From Acinetobacter phage Mokit: 64,000 nt of DNA. The notes under the pieces were generated by a model, which saw only the letters and a list, made by a program, of their open reading frames with translations, did no database searches and was not told the DNA's origin. The DNA lies in sequence record MW388002.1; one strand, written 5' to 3'. This document shows positions 9,377 through 18,138 of this stretch, in pieces (position 1 is the first letter of the stretch; each line of letters starts with the position of its first letter). A program made the translations under genes and the position numbers.

Positions 9377-10036
9377 TTAAGTTGTTTGTGGATCTACATC
9401 GTCCTTTTCTGGCATATCTTCTAATTGGAGGGCATAACGCTGCGCAGTCTTAAGCATAATTACATCCTTTGCGCAATCATGGATTGAGTCATGGTGCACG
9501 AATCCATCAAGAACTCCTTTGCGAAGAGGAGTCTTAGTCATTCCACGAACAAGAGAATATGCCTCAATTGCGGTTCGAATATCACGTTGACAATGAAACT
9601 TGATTGGTTCGAGTTTATCAGTGTCATTAGTTTTAAATGCTTGGCGAATCATATCAACAAAAATTGGGAAGTCAAATGACATTCCACGACACCAGCCTTG
9701 AGATTTCCATTGATTGATGTTACTCTTTTTAAGAAAATCTAAAACTTGTGTAATTGCTTCTTCTACTGTTAAATCTTCAGGTGAAGCTAATAAGTTTTTC
9801 TTAGCCTCAGGAGATTGTTCAGACCACCACTTAACAGTTGAAGGAGTAGTACTTCTGATCCCCTTTTGAGATTGAAGGTTTAATTTAAACCGGCGCCCAT
9901 TTGCAATAAGTTCGCCTAATGATTGTACCGCAGTAGGATCTGGGTCGAAAACCAAGACTGATAAATCTACAACAATACAATCGGGTTTGTTGCCTAAAGT
10001 TTCCAAGTCAATAATAAAGTCATTATACTTCGCCAT
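9377..10036 (-). CDS. dexA: exonuclease A (DexA, DEDDh 3'-5' exonuclease)
   Basis: MAKYNDFIIDLETLGNKP... N-terminus and 219-aa length match T4 DexA; located upstream of dda as in T4. Confidence 0.8.
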   Translation of the reverse strand: MAKYNDFIIDLETLGNKPDCIVVDLSVLVFDPDPTAVQSLGELIANGRRFKLNLQSQKGIRSTTPSTVKWWSEQSPEAKKNLLASPEDLTVEEAITQVLDFLKKSNINQWKSQGWCRGMSFDFPIFVDMIRQAFKTNDTDKLEPIKFHCQRDIRTAIEAYSLVRGMTKTPLRKGVLDGFVHHDSIHDCAKDVIMLKTAQRYALQLEDMPEKDDVDPQTT

Positions 10037-10373
10037 TGATAGTTCTCCAATCTTCTAAAAGTTGTTTAGTAAGCCTTAATGTGTATAAATCGATTTTGAT
10101 CACCGATATTGCAGCATCACTAATATATTCACATAAATCGTTTAGCCAAGAGACTGTTGATAAGCCTTCATTATCAAATGTGTTGCAAATATTTTTGATC
10201 GTAAAGGATAACGACGGTTGAGTAAGAACTTCCATATACCGCCCAGTCAAAGCGGCTCTTTCTTCCTTTGTCATACGATTGTATACAGACACAAACGAAT
10301 CGACATTAATTTGTTTAAGCAAATCTGTTAAAATTTTGGCTTGTTCTACTGGAATATTAATGGTTTTAGACAT
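10023..10373 (-). CDS. hypothetical protein (dexA.x position)
   Basis: 116 aa ORF overlapping neighbours by start/stop. Confidence 0.45.
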   Translation of the reverse strand: MSKTINIPVEQAKILTDLLKQINVDSFVSVYNRMTKEERAALTGRYMEVLTQPSLSFTIKNICNTFDNEGLSTVSWLNDLCEYISDAAISVIKIDLYTLRLTKQLLEDWRTINGEV

Positions 10374-10686
10374 TTGTTAGTTTCTCCACTATAATTGCAC
10401 GCCGTTTAATAAGATCAGCCAATTCATGGAGCTGACGAGTTGTAATTACAACATCTATTGGTTCACTAATAAGAACATTAATTACACTAATGTCTGAAAC
10501 ACGTTCTGTAATTGATTGTTTGAAACGTTCAATCCAATCATGAACGCGAATTCCCATGCTAATATACATGCTGCTTTGATACTTCTTTATACCAAATTGC
10601 CCAATGAAAAACTGTTCTAATTCATCAGCGATGTCATGTAATTGCATCGCGATGCTCGGCTTAATATAAACTACATCAATTGTCAT
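10366..10686 (-). CDS. hypothetical protein
   Basis: 106 aa ORF, operon-packed. Confidence 0.45.
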   Translation of the reverse strand: MTIDVVYIKPSIAMQLHDIADELEQFFIGQFGIKKYQSSMYISMGIRVHDWIERFKQSITERVSDISVINVLISEPIDVVITTRQLHELADLIKRRAIIVEKLTNV

Positions 10687-10924
10687 TGTATGTTTCCCAT
10701 GCTAATGAATGCGCGAGAACTACTGAGTTAATATCCATCGCTAGCGCAAATGGAATTGTTACAGTAGCTTGGTCCTCACAAAATGCTAGCGTCGCGCCAA
10801 GATTATAAAACGGCTGATATGCATAAAATACATTTCGTGTAAAATCGTTTTGATCACGTCCATTATCGATTACCCATCGAATAAGATCCATTATTCTGAC
10901 TAATGCTTCATATGGTAGGTTCAT
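10676..10924 (-). CDS. hypothetical protein
   Basis: 82 aa ORF downstream of PeSL promoter at ~10938-10980. Confidence 0.45.
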   Translation of the reverse strand: MNLPYEALVRIMDLIRWVIDNGRDQNDFTRNVFYAYQPFYNLGATLAFCEDQATVTIPFALAMDINSVVLAHSLAWETYNDN

Positions 10925-10937
10925 TTCATAACTCCTG

Positions 10938-10980
10938 TTTGATAGGCCTATTATAACATAAGCCTATCCTAAAGTAAACC
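10938..10980 (-). promoter_or_regulatory. PeSL-type early promoter (stem gataggcc/ggcctatc around the -10)
   Basis: tttgataggcctattataacataagcctatcctaaagtaaacc. Confidence 0.5.
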
Positions 10981-10981
10981 A

Positions 10982-12343
10982 TTAAACAAAATACACATTG
11001 TTTTTAGCACGTGTTGCTCCAACATATAATAATTGCTGAGCTAACGCAGGATCAGCACGATGAATACATGGCGTAAATAAAAATACGTTATCTAAAGTAG
11101 AACCTTGAGATTTGTGAATAGTGCCACATGGTAATGGTTTGACTTTATGGAACTGACTACGTAAATCCCACCACCCTTTCCAGTTTGGACGACGATCACG
11201 TGCATTTTTAAATTCGCCTGCAGATTTCGACATAAAGTATTGGAATTTATTCATTTCTTGTTCGTCATGGATAACACGTATCACATCACTTGCAACAGAA
11301 TCTACACCACGTATTTCAAGTTCCCATACATTAATAGAATCAGAACCTTTAAAGCCTTTAATAAACAAGTTGACATCTTTACGTCGACAATTAACAATTC
11401 TGACTAATTCGCCGTTGTTGAAAATGATTTCAGAAAAAGTCTTGCCTTCGAATGTGTGACTTCGAATTAGTGGCTCTTGCATAACAAGAACTTCATTAAC
11501 GATATATGGCTCAGTGGTTTGATATAATTTTTTACGAATGATGTTATTCAAATCATTTACTGATTTGTTTGTAAACGCTAACATTCGATTATCGAATAGG
11601 TCATCAGGATCTTTGACGATTTCAAAGTACTTTGTTAAAAACGCAGCTACTGATCCGCCGCCTTGTCTAACCATTGAATGAACACCATTGCCGTCTCGGA
11701 TATTTTCACGAATCCAACCACCTTGACGAATTTCAGTTGCTACTTCAATGATCGGTGCATTAGAACGCATAACTTCAGTCAATGAAACTTGTTGAAACTT
11801 GTCATTGAAGAAGAACGCTGACAATTCAGGCACATTGCTATTTGGAGCTACTGGGCGAATCTGAGCAATATCGCCTAATCCAATGACAGTGCACCATGGT
11901 GGAATAGATGCCATCAAAATTCTAAATAATTCTCGATCATACATTGAGACTTCATCGCAAATTAACACTTGACACTCTGATAAGTCTGGCGTATCTGACT
12001 GCTGGAAGACTGTAGAATCTTCATATGTAGTAGGGTTAATTTTTAACAATGAGTGAATAGTTGAAGCATCCATGCCTGAAAGGTTTGATAGTACTTTCTT
12101 TGCTTGGTGAGTAGGAGCTGCAAGCATTACGCCTTTTTCACCTTTTGCAATTAAATGACTAATAAGGAACTTAGTTAATGTGGTTTTACCTGTACCAGCA
12201 GGGCCATTGATTGTGATGTGCGGTAAAGGACCGTCATCATGTGAAGATGTCGCCATCATAGATTTGGATGAAATGACATTCATGACCGCATCAAATGCAG
12301 CACGTTGGCCTTCATTTAAATCTTCCAATTTCAAATCATTCAT
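10982..12343 (-). CDS. dda: Dda DNA helicase (SF1B)
   Basis: HITINGPAGTGKTTLTKF, LAAPTHQAKKVL, VLICDEVSMYD, QLLYVGATR align along the full length of T4 Dda. Confidence 0.9.
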   Translation of the reverse strand: MNDLKLEDLNEGQRAAFDAVMNVISSKSMMATSSHDDGPLPHITINGPAGTGKTTLTKFLISHLIAKGEKGVMLAAPTHQAKKVLSNLSGMDASTIHSLLKINPTTYEDSTVFQQSDTPDLSECQVLICDEVSMYDRELFRILMASIPPWCTVIGLGDIAQIRPVAPNSNVPELSAFFFNDKFQQVSLTEVMRSNAPIIEVATEIRQGGWIRENIRDGNGVHSMVRQGGGSVAAFLTKYFEIVKDPDDLFDNRMLAFTNKSVNDLNNIIRKKLYQTTEPYIVNEVLVMQEPLIRSHTFEGKTFSEIIFNNGELVRIVNCRRKDVNLFIKGFKGSDSINVWELEIRGVDSVASDVIRVIHDEQEMNKFQYFMSKSAGEFKNARDRRPNWKGWWDLRSQFHKVKPLPCGTIHKSQGSTLDNVFLFTPCIHRADPALAQQLLYVGATRAKNNVYFV

Positions 12344-12394
12344 AATATTTGACCTAAAAACTTTTAAAAATTATATTACATTAACTTGAAAGCA

Positions 12395-12694
12395 TTAAGC
12401 TACTTTCACTTGTTTTACAAACATAGTTTTCAATTGTCGAGTCAATTCATCACGTGCGTATTCAGGCAATTTTGGTGCTTCAACTTCTTCCACTACTTTG
12501 ATTCCTAAAAATGACGTTCGTTTTGCCTTAAATGTTTTAATAGGATGTAGAATATTTGTAATGCTGTCTGCAAGTTCTTGCATCGCAGTTTTCGCGGTTC
12601 GTTCATTAGGATAGATTTTGAAAACACCTAATTCAGTTAAAGGCAATTCAAATCCATCTTTGTCTTTGTAAAAAATAGTATATCCTGCAATCAC
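12395..12694 (-). CDS. hypothetical protein (99 aa)
   Basis: ORF, dda.1 position. Confidence 0.45.
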   Translation of the reverse strand: MIAGYTIFYKDKDGFELPLTELGVFKIYPNERTAKTAMQELADSITNILHPIKTFKAKRTSFLGIKVVEEVEAPKLPEYARDELTRQLKTMFVKQVKVA

Positions 12695-13056
12695 TTCATT
12701 TTCTCCAACATATCATTGACTTTGATGAATAACTGCGCAGTTTTGCCTTGGTGCTTATCTGGGTGCACAGAAAAACGAATACGCTGTAATTCAGATTTTG
12801 TAAAATTGTGTGTAATTTCTGTATTGGGCTGTTGAGGTTTAGAACTCTTCAGGCGCAAGTATTCTGCCTTGATGAGCTTAAGTTCTTTTGCAACAAGTTG
12901 ATGTTCTTTAGATATCGCCTGATTTACATGGATTAATGCATCATACTCTGCCCACAAATTATTAAATTTTGCTTTATTTACCTGGGATTCATTGACGTAG
13001 TGAAGCAATGTAATACCTACGCCTACCAGAAGAAATATTAAAAACATGATTTCCAT
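12691..13056 (-). CDS. membrane-anchored protein with C-terminal J-domain-like segment (HPD motif)
   Basis: N-terminal TM helix MEIMFLIFLLVGVGITLL; C-terminus ELQRIRFSVHPDKHQGKTAQLFIKVNDML fits J-domain helix II-HPD-helix III. Confidence 0.5.
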   Translation of the reverse strand: MEIMFLIFLLVGVGITLLHYVNESQVNKAKFNNLWAEYDALIHVNQAISKEHQLVAKELKLIKAEYLRLKSSKPQQPNTEITHNFTKSELQRIRFSVHPDKHQGKTAQLFIKVNDMLEKMK

Positions 13057-13066
13057 AGCAGGTTCC

Positions 13067-14035
13067 TCAAATCTTGTAAATAAGACAATTATAACCTACT
13101 TTATGTTTTAGCAAAGCGTAGGTTGTAGTGTTGATAGGTAATCCTAAGCGAATGCGTTCTTTATTTGCATCAGATAAATCTCTGAATTTAATTAACGCTG
13201 GACCAATGATTGTTTTTAAATTTAGAATTGCAGTAGAATGTTCTTTAATTTCTCGACGTAGAAGTTCGATCTGAGCTTCATGAAATGAGATGTTAGATGG
13301 CCTTTCAACTACTATCTTTGGGAGTTGAATATTCAACGGTTGCCCATCACTAGTCTTGCAACAATTTTTATAAAACTTTTCTAATGCCTTTTCTGCTCCA
13401 TCGATAGCAAGTTTTAACGCATCAGCCTTAGTAGTATGAGTATTTAGCAATTTGCGCAAATTCTTTAATTTATTTTTGCCCGGCGGTGTACCTTTCTTGC
13501 CTATAATTAATAGTTCAGTTTCAGCAATTAATGCCATACGTGATTCTAGCGCACGTTGTGTGTTTGCTAAAGTATCTACATACTTTTTCCAACGCGGCAA
13601 ATGCTTAATGTTGAGCTTAGGCTTGTTAAATACTTTAGGTGAACTAGATGTAATCTCTTTCAGACCAGCTAATGTAAATTCTGATGCCATAGCTGTTTGA
13701 TGGTGCACAATTTTAGCTTCTTTAGAAATTACAATTGAATTCAACTGTTCAATACGAGCGTGTATAGTATCAAGAGTAAGATTACCACGTAATGTGTTGA
13801 ATTCACGGCGCACCGGAATTACATTGCCATCAATATAGCCAATAGAATTATCAATACGTTCTAAAGAAAGAGAGCCATTTAGCGAATCATCAAAAGGTAG
13901 CCCAGAATATGCACAAACTTCTTGGCATTTGATATTCGCAAAAGCAATTAATGACATGTCAAATTTAATACTACGAGCCTTTGCATTTTTTGCTTTATTT
14001 ACATAACATTCAGCAATTTTAAGTGATGAAATCAT
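13067..14035 (-). CDS. hypothetical protein with HNH-like (possibly degenerate) nuclease motif
   Basis: CQEVCAYSG...LERIDNSIGYIDGNVIPV...RGN resembles a CxxC...DHIdp..GG...N HNH core with R in place of the first His. Confidence 0.4.
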   Translation of the reverse strand: MISSLKIAECYVNKAKNAKARSIKFDMSLIAFANIKCQEVCAYSGLPFDDSLNGSLSLERIDNSIGYIDGNVIPVRREFNTLRGNLTLDTIHARIEQLNSIVISKEAKIVHHQTAMASEFTLAGLKEITSSSPKVFNKPKLNIKHLPRWKKYVDTLANTQRALESRMALIAETELLIIGKKGTPPGKNKLKNLRKLLNTHTTKADALKLAIDGAEKALEKFYKNCCKTSDGQPLNIQLPKIVVERPSNISFHEAQIELLRREIKEHSTAILNLKTIIGPALIKFRDLSDANKERIRLGLPINTTTYALLKHKVGYNCLIYKI

Positions 14036-14147
14036 TTAAAGGCTCCAGATTTATTTTTAACTCGATAATTAATGAATCGATATGCTAAAATAATAAAAAG
14101 TACTAAAATGACAAAGAGTACGTAAATCATAACAATTTGCTCATTTA

Positions 14148-14190
14148 TTTGATAGAACTATAGTATCAAATGTTGTTGCCAAAGTAAACA
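14148..14190 (-). promoter_or_regulatory. PeSL-type early promoter
   Basis: tttgatagaactatagtatcaaatgttgttgccaaagtaaaca. Confidence 0.45.
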
Positions 14191-14277
14191 TCTATGAGAT
14201 TAAAAAATGATCATATAAATAGATTAATTTTGCATAATCCACTTGCTTTATGAAATTTGTATGTTATAATGGTTCTA

Positions 14278-14407
14278 CCGGTTCACCGCTCTAAATTTAT
14301 CTATTTGGTCGGAGAAGTATAGCTGCTGCGCAGCCGGCGCTTCGCGCCGAAATTAGATGTGTTTGATGTATCTTGAGAGAAAAATAAAGGAGCCATTTGG
14401 CTCCTTT
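14278..14407 (+). ncRNA. candidate small structured RNA (GC-rich repeat element copy 1) transcribed on the plus strand from a MotA-box-like promoter to a bidirectional terminator hairpin
   Basis: TGCTTTA (14244-14250) + 14 nt + TATAAT (14265-14270); GC-rich hairpins; hairpin aaaggagcc-attt-ggctccttt (14386-14407) followed by TTTTATTAT; no ORF. Confidence 0.3.
14386..14407. terminator. bidirectional terminator hairpin (after macro-domain gene on minus; after GC-element RNA on plus)
   Basis: AAAGGAGCC-AUUU-GGCUCCUUU with U-rich tracts on both strands. Confidence 0.5.
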
Positions 14408-14409
14408 TA

Positions 14410-14853
14410 TTATATGTATAATACATAAATTTTGACATCTGGCGTCACGTCATTGATGATCTCGGCAATTTCTTGCCAGTTTCCACCTGCAATACCTGCT
14501 CCGATTTTAGGAATTCCTAAAGATTTGCCGGCATATTTGCTGTTAATCACTGTAAATGCATCACGTATATTTTCATACAATTGATGTGTTGGACATTTAC
14601 CAGGGCGATATTGTGTATACGCATTAATAATGTCACCATTTACAGTTGTGGCGATGCTCACATCGCCGAGCTTGCTCCAGTCGCCATATTCAGTTTTCTT
14701 ATCTGCTTCGACAGCTACAGGAAATCTTTTTGCAATAGCACCAGCAATACCTGCACCCATCGTATGAAAACAGTTGCAGCCATGTACTATTGCATCAAAG
14801 TCATTATGCTCAAATGCATCGAGCAAATCGTAATTTACATATTGTTTAATCAT
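14410..14853 (-). CDS. macro domain (ADP-ribose-binding/processing) protein
   Basis: IVHGCNCFHTMGAGIAGAI and IPKIGAGIAGGNW match macro-domain Gly-rich motifs; ATG with GAGGTAATC RBS. Confidence 0.7.
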   Translation of the reverse strand: MIKQYVNYDLLDAFEHNDFDAIVHGCNCFHTMGAGIAGAIAKRFPVAVEADKKTEYGDWSKLGDVSIATTVNGDIINAYTQYRPGKCPTHQLYENIRDAFTVINSKYAGKSLGIPKIGAGIAGGNWQEIAEIINDVTPDVKIYVLYI

Positions 14854-14872
14854 GATTACCTCGGGTTATGTG

Positions 14873-15058
14873 TTAAACACCTAGCATCAACGCATTAAGT
14901 AATTTAGTTACTAATGTCATCGCTTGTTCTGGTTCAACGGATCCAGTCAAAACGCCAACTACTGCAGCTACGCCTGCTAAAGCAATCGCAGCAAAACTTA
15001 ATGTTGCTTTAGGATTTTTCTTGAAGTTGTCGGTAATTTTACCTTTTTGTTTAGTCAT
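14873..15058 (-). CDS. small membrane protein (61 aa from internal ATG)
   Basis: Track ORF overlaps the upstream gene by ~120 nt; ATG at 15058 follows AAGGAACAATACA; TM segment LSFAAIALAGVAAVVGVL. Confidence 0.45.
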   Translation of the reverse strand: MTKQKGKITDNFKKNPKATLSFAAIALAGVAAVVGVLTGSVEPEQAMTLVTKLLNALMLGV

Positions 15059-15242
15059 TGTATTGTTCCTTATAGACTTCTTTAGCCTCTTGAACTGAAA
15101 AGCCATCAAGAATATTGTTTGCGACACCGAGCGCATGATACTCTTCTGAGTCATACGCATGTACTGCATCCATCAAACTTCTTGCATTTCCGATACTAAT
15201 TGCTAAGAAATCTACTTGCTCTTGGGTTAATGTTAGTGACAT
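15051..15242 (-). CDS. small hypothetical protein (63 aa)
   Basis: ATG preceded by GGAGACGATT. Confidence 0.45.
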   Translation of the reverse strand: MSLTLTQEQVDFLAISIGNARSLMDAVHAYDSEEYHALGVANNILDGFSVQEAKEVYKEQYND

Positions 15243-15339
15243 AATCGTCTCCGTAAATATTTATTAATAGATCAATTACTAATCTGTGCTTTACAACAAA
15301 GGATATAAATAAAATTAAAAAAGCTTTAAAAAATGCTTG

Positions 15340-15558
15340 TTAAACATCACCTTTATAATCTTCAAAAATACGTGTAACAATCCAACTAAGTACAAAGGCG
15401 CTTATGCAGTAAATTGCGAATGCAGCATCTGCAGGAAATTGAGCGCCTATTGTGGTGTAAATTTTATGAGCAATTGATAAAACACCAAATGCGCCAAATA
15501 GTGAAATTAGTGCTGCAATTATTGCAAATATAATTCGTTCAACCTTAAATGCTTTCAT
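15340..15558 (-). CDS. small membrane protein (72 aa, 2 predicted TM)
   Basis: hydrophobic ORF. Confidence 0.45.
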   Translation of the reverse strand: MKAFKVERIIFAIIAALISLFGAFGVLSIAHKIYTTIGAQFPADAAFAIYCISAFVLSWIVTRIFEDYKGDV

Positions 15559-15564
15559 TTTGGC

Positions 15565-16008
15565 TTACCTGATGACTAAGTATGTTTGATATGTGCCGCA
15601 AGGCTTCCAACCAAAATTGAAACGACTTCGTGAAATAGTTCGTCCGCGTCTACGTTTCATTTTAACAAATCCTTCTTTAAGCAAGATTCGCAAAGCATCA
15701 GATTTTTGTAAATTAATCAAATACTGATTGTTGATAGGCAATTCAACAGGAACCCCGTAAATCGTTTGTTTAAAGAATTTGCGATAGAACTCTAGCTCTT
15801 CAGCCGTACTTTTTTGTTTACGCAAAACTTGGCATATCTGTCTTCGAATAATCATTTTTGCCGCAGATTCTACACGTTCTGAAATAGGCTCCCCATTTTC
15901 ATCTAGAAGCCAGAGAGGATCGCTTTCAATTGCACGCTGTTCAAGATTGCCAAATTGTTCAGCCTTTTCTTGTTCAAGCTCTTGCTTAATTTCAGCTAAA
16001 GTTTGCAT
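15565..16008 (-). CDS. hypothetical protein (147 aa)
   Basis: ORF. Confidence 0.45.
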   Translation of the reverse strand: MQTLAEIKQELEQEKAEQFGNLEQRAIESDPLWLLDENGEPISERVESAAKMIIRRQICQVLRKQKSTAEELEFYRKFFKQTIYGVPVELPINNQYLINLQKSDALRILLKEGFVKMKRRRGRTISRSRFNFGWKPCGTYQTYLVIR

Positions 16009-16189
16009 TTAGTTTATCCTTAAATTGATTAGCAATATAAACAATATGCTTAAGATAATATTGTTCTCCATACATAAGAGGTGTCTGTAATTTAGCTTGA
16101 ATTGCTTTGAGGCCACCTAATTTTGCAATAAGCTTAACATGTGTATGGTATTGATATTGGATGCCGTTGTGAGTAAGTACAAACATCAT
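15992..16189 (-). CDS. small hypothetical protein
   Basis: 65 aa ORF, overlapping junctions. Confidence 0.4.
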   Translation of the reverse strand: MMFVLTHNGIQYQYHTHVKLIAKLGGLKAIQAKLQTPLMYGEQYYLKHIVYIANQFKDKLNANFS

Positions 16190-16452
16190 TCTACCTCATA
16201 TTCAATAATTGCAATATTAACTTCATTTACGTTCTTTTTGCCATCTAATTGAACTACTTTAGGCTGAGCGCCTTTAGGAATTAAATTAGAATCAAAAATC
16301 CACCCAGTGTAGTGTTCTTCAGTCGAAAATTGTACATTTTTGAATGCGTTATATGCACTATCTAAAGCTTCATCATATGACTTGTGAATACCTAATGGTG
16401 TAAGACTTGTATAATAATCATGAATTCGTGCTACAACTAAATATGCTTTCAT
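16186..16452 (-). CDS. hypothetical protein (88 aa)
   Basis: ORF. Confidence 0.45.
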   Translation of the reverse strand: MKAYLVVARIHDYYTSLTPLGIHKSYDEALDSAYNAFKNVQFSTEEHYTGWIFDSNLIPKGAQPKVVQLDGKKNVNEVNIAIIEYEVE

Positions 16453-16778
16453 TGATATGTCTCCAATAATGCTTGTTCATTTTTACATTTTGAGCATGTA
16501 GTACATTTAGATGCAATGCCATGCTTGGGTAATTGAATACCTTTAGCTTCCATTTCTTCAACAGCTGCAGCAATTGCAAGATATTGGACTTTTACCGGAA
16601 ACCTATGTGAAGATAACACCTCAGAACAAGTAAATTTACCTCTAAATAGAATTTGATCTAGAACACCTGATGATTGATCAATGTCTCTGATGAAGCCTTT
16701 TACAAGGAGAGTTGCGTGCAGCTCATCATAATTGGTACCAAGGAATTTACGAAGTGCTATAAAATTTGGTAATGGCAT
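16449..16778 (-). CDS. hypothetical Cys-rich protein (109 aa)
   Basis: ORF downstream of PeSL promoter ~16804-16840. Confidence 0.45.
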   Translation of the reverse strand: MPLPNFIALRKFLGTNYDELHATLLVKGFIRDIDQSSGVLDQILFRGKFTCSEVLSSHRFPVKVQYLAIAAAVEEMEAKGIQLPKHGIASKCTTCSKCKNEQALLETYQ

Positions 16779-16844
16779 GATATTTTACTCATTAATTTCT
16801 GTTAGTGCCATTATACTACATAATGGCACCTATGTAAATAGTTT

Positions 16845-17318
16845 TTATTTCATAAAGAATGGAATACCACGACCAGTCCATTTTGCCATGTGTGCTTTTT
16901 CATTTTTATAAAGTGATCGGTACTCGTTAATTACATTAGTATGAAGAATACGACCTGGCATTACTGCGACGAATGGTGTAAGTTTATTTGCACCTAACGG
17001 AATTTTTGAAATATTGTCAATTAATGCAGGGATAACTCGTGAACTAGCATGGACTTTGCCATAGCGGTATGTATATTCACCAAATAACTCGATAACTAGA
17101 TCAAGGAGGAACTCGTAGTTTTGGCGAGATTGCATAGCCCATACAACACATGGGTGATTTTTATGAGTTGCTTTATAAAGAATTTCCTGATCACAGCCGT
17201 TTAAACGAGAAACAGTAGAAAGAATTTGACAATATTCGACACACATTTTAACAACATGTTTGTCACAATGATATTGTGCAGATTTAGCTGGATTTGTGTC
17301 AAAATGAAAAATATTCAT
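16845..17318 (-). CDS. conserved hypothetical protein (157 aa; Cys/His-rich N-terminus MNIFHFDTNP...HCDKHVVKM)
   Basis: ORF with His/Cys cluster; no confident family assignment. Confidence 0.5.
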   Translation of the reverse strand: MNIFHFDTNPAKSAQYHCDKHVVKMCVEYCQILSTVSRLNGCDQEILYKATHKNHPCVVWAMQSRQNYEFLLDLVIELFGEYTYRYGKVHASSRVIPALIDNISKIPLGANKLTPFVAVMPGRILHTNVINEYRSLYKNEKAHMAKWTGRGIPFFMK

Positions 17319-17435
17319 AATGTTTTGCTCAATTGGTTTAACGTTTTGATAGAATTATTATACTACAATAAAAGGCAGAAGTAAATAATTTTTGCTTTTT
17401 ATTTTTGCCACAAAAGGAGCTTTAAGCTCCTTTGT

Positions 17436-17642
17436 TTATTTTATTTCAACCTTTGAGATGTCAAGATAAGAGTATTCCCAGCATCCTCCATTTTCATCAG
17501 TGCACCATACCATTGAACACGGTGCTTGATGTCCTTCAGGTGTAACGATTTCGCCTTCAATCGGTTTATAGAAGTAAAATTCGCCGTTAAGTTGTGAAAC
17601 AACAGTAGTGCCTTCAGGGATTTTAGTAATTGATGCTTTCAT
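17436..17642 (-). CDS. small hypothetical protein (68 aa from ATG)
   Basis: Track M1 (17657) is a TTG; ATG at 17642 follows GAGGAAATTAAAA RBS within a conserved leader cassette. Confidence 0.45.
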   Translation of the reverse strand: MKASITKIPEGTTVVSQLNGEFYFYKPIEGEIVTPEGHQAPCSMVWCTDENGGCWEYSYLDISKVEIK

Positions 17643-17676
17643 TTTTAATTTCCTCAAATTTCAAATCTGCTATTAG

Positions 17677-17720
17677 ATTTGATAGAACTATTATACTATA
17701 GTCCTATCAAGATGTAAACA
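17677..17720 (-). promoter_or_regulatory. PeSL-type early promoter (stem gatagaac.../...gtcctatc)
   Basis: tttgatagaactattatactatagtcctatcaagatgtaaacag. Confidence 0.5.
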
Positions 17721-17731
17721 GTTTAGTTTAA

Positions 17732-18067
17732 TTAAATTCCTTCGATACCGAGTTCTAATGCAAAACGATATATTGCATAATCTTCAAACGATGTAATAAC
17801 TTCAAGATCAATCGTTTCATCTTCGACTTCTTCTTCGTATTCGCCAAGAGTTATTTTTTCAGAATACCCATTGAACAATTCAGATTCATCTTGGTCATCA
17901 TTTTCACGTTTGTTTACTGAAGTTACAGTGTACTCTTCTTCTAAGGCGTCAAATGTCATAATAAGGAAATGGTCTGGAAATTCCATGATTTGGACCAATT
18001 CGATAACGCTAAGGTGATTCTTAACAAAATTTGGAACAGTGTTTTTGAAATTGTTTAATGAACGCAT
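17732..18067 (-). CDS. acidic hypothetical protein (111 aa)
   Basis: ORF behind PeSL promoter ~18094-18135. Confidence 0.45.
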   Translation of the reverse strand: MRSLNNFKNTVPNFVKNHLSVIELVQIMEFPDHFLIMTFDALEEEYTVTSVNKRENDDQDESELFNGYSEKITLGEYEEEVEDETIDLEVITSFEDYAIYRFALELGIEGI

Positions 18068-18093
18068 ATTAATTTACTCAATGTGTTGTTTGA

Positions 18094-18135
18094 TTTGATA
18101 AGACTATTATATCATAACAGCTCTATCATGTAAAC
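18094..18135 (-). promoter_or_regulatory. PeSL-type early promoter
   Basis: tttgataagactattatatcataacagctctatcatgtaaac. Confidence 0.5.
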
Positions 18136-18138
18136 TAA

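Noticed and set aside
14271-14353. tRNA or tmRNA interpretation of the GC-rich element
   Set aside because: No 7-bp acceptor stem with a matching 3' end, no T-arm/GTTCRA loop and no anticodon stem-loop could be drawn for either strand. The stems are 3-6 bp with triloops.
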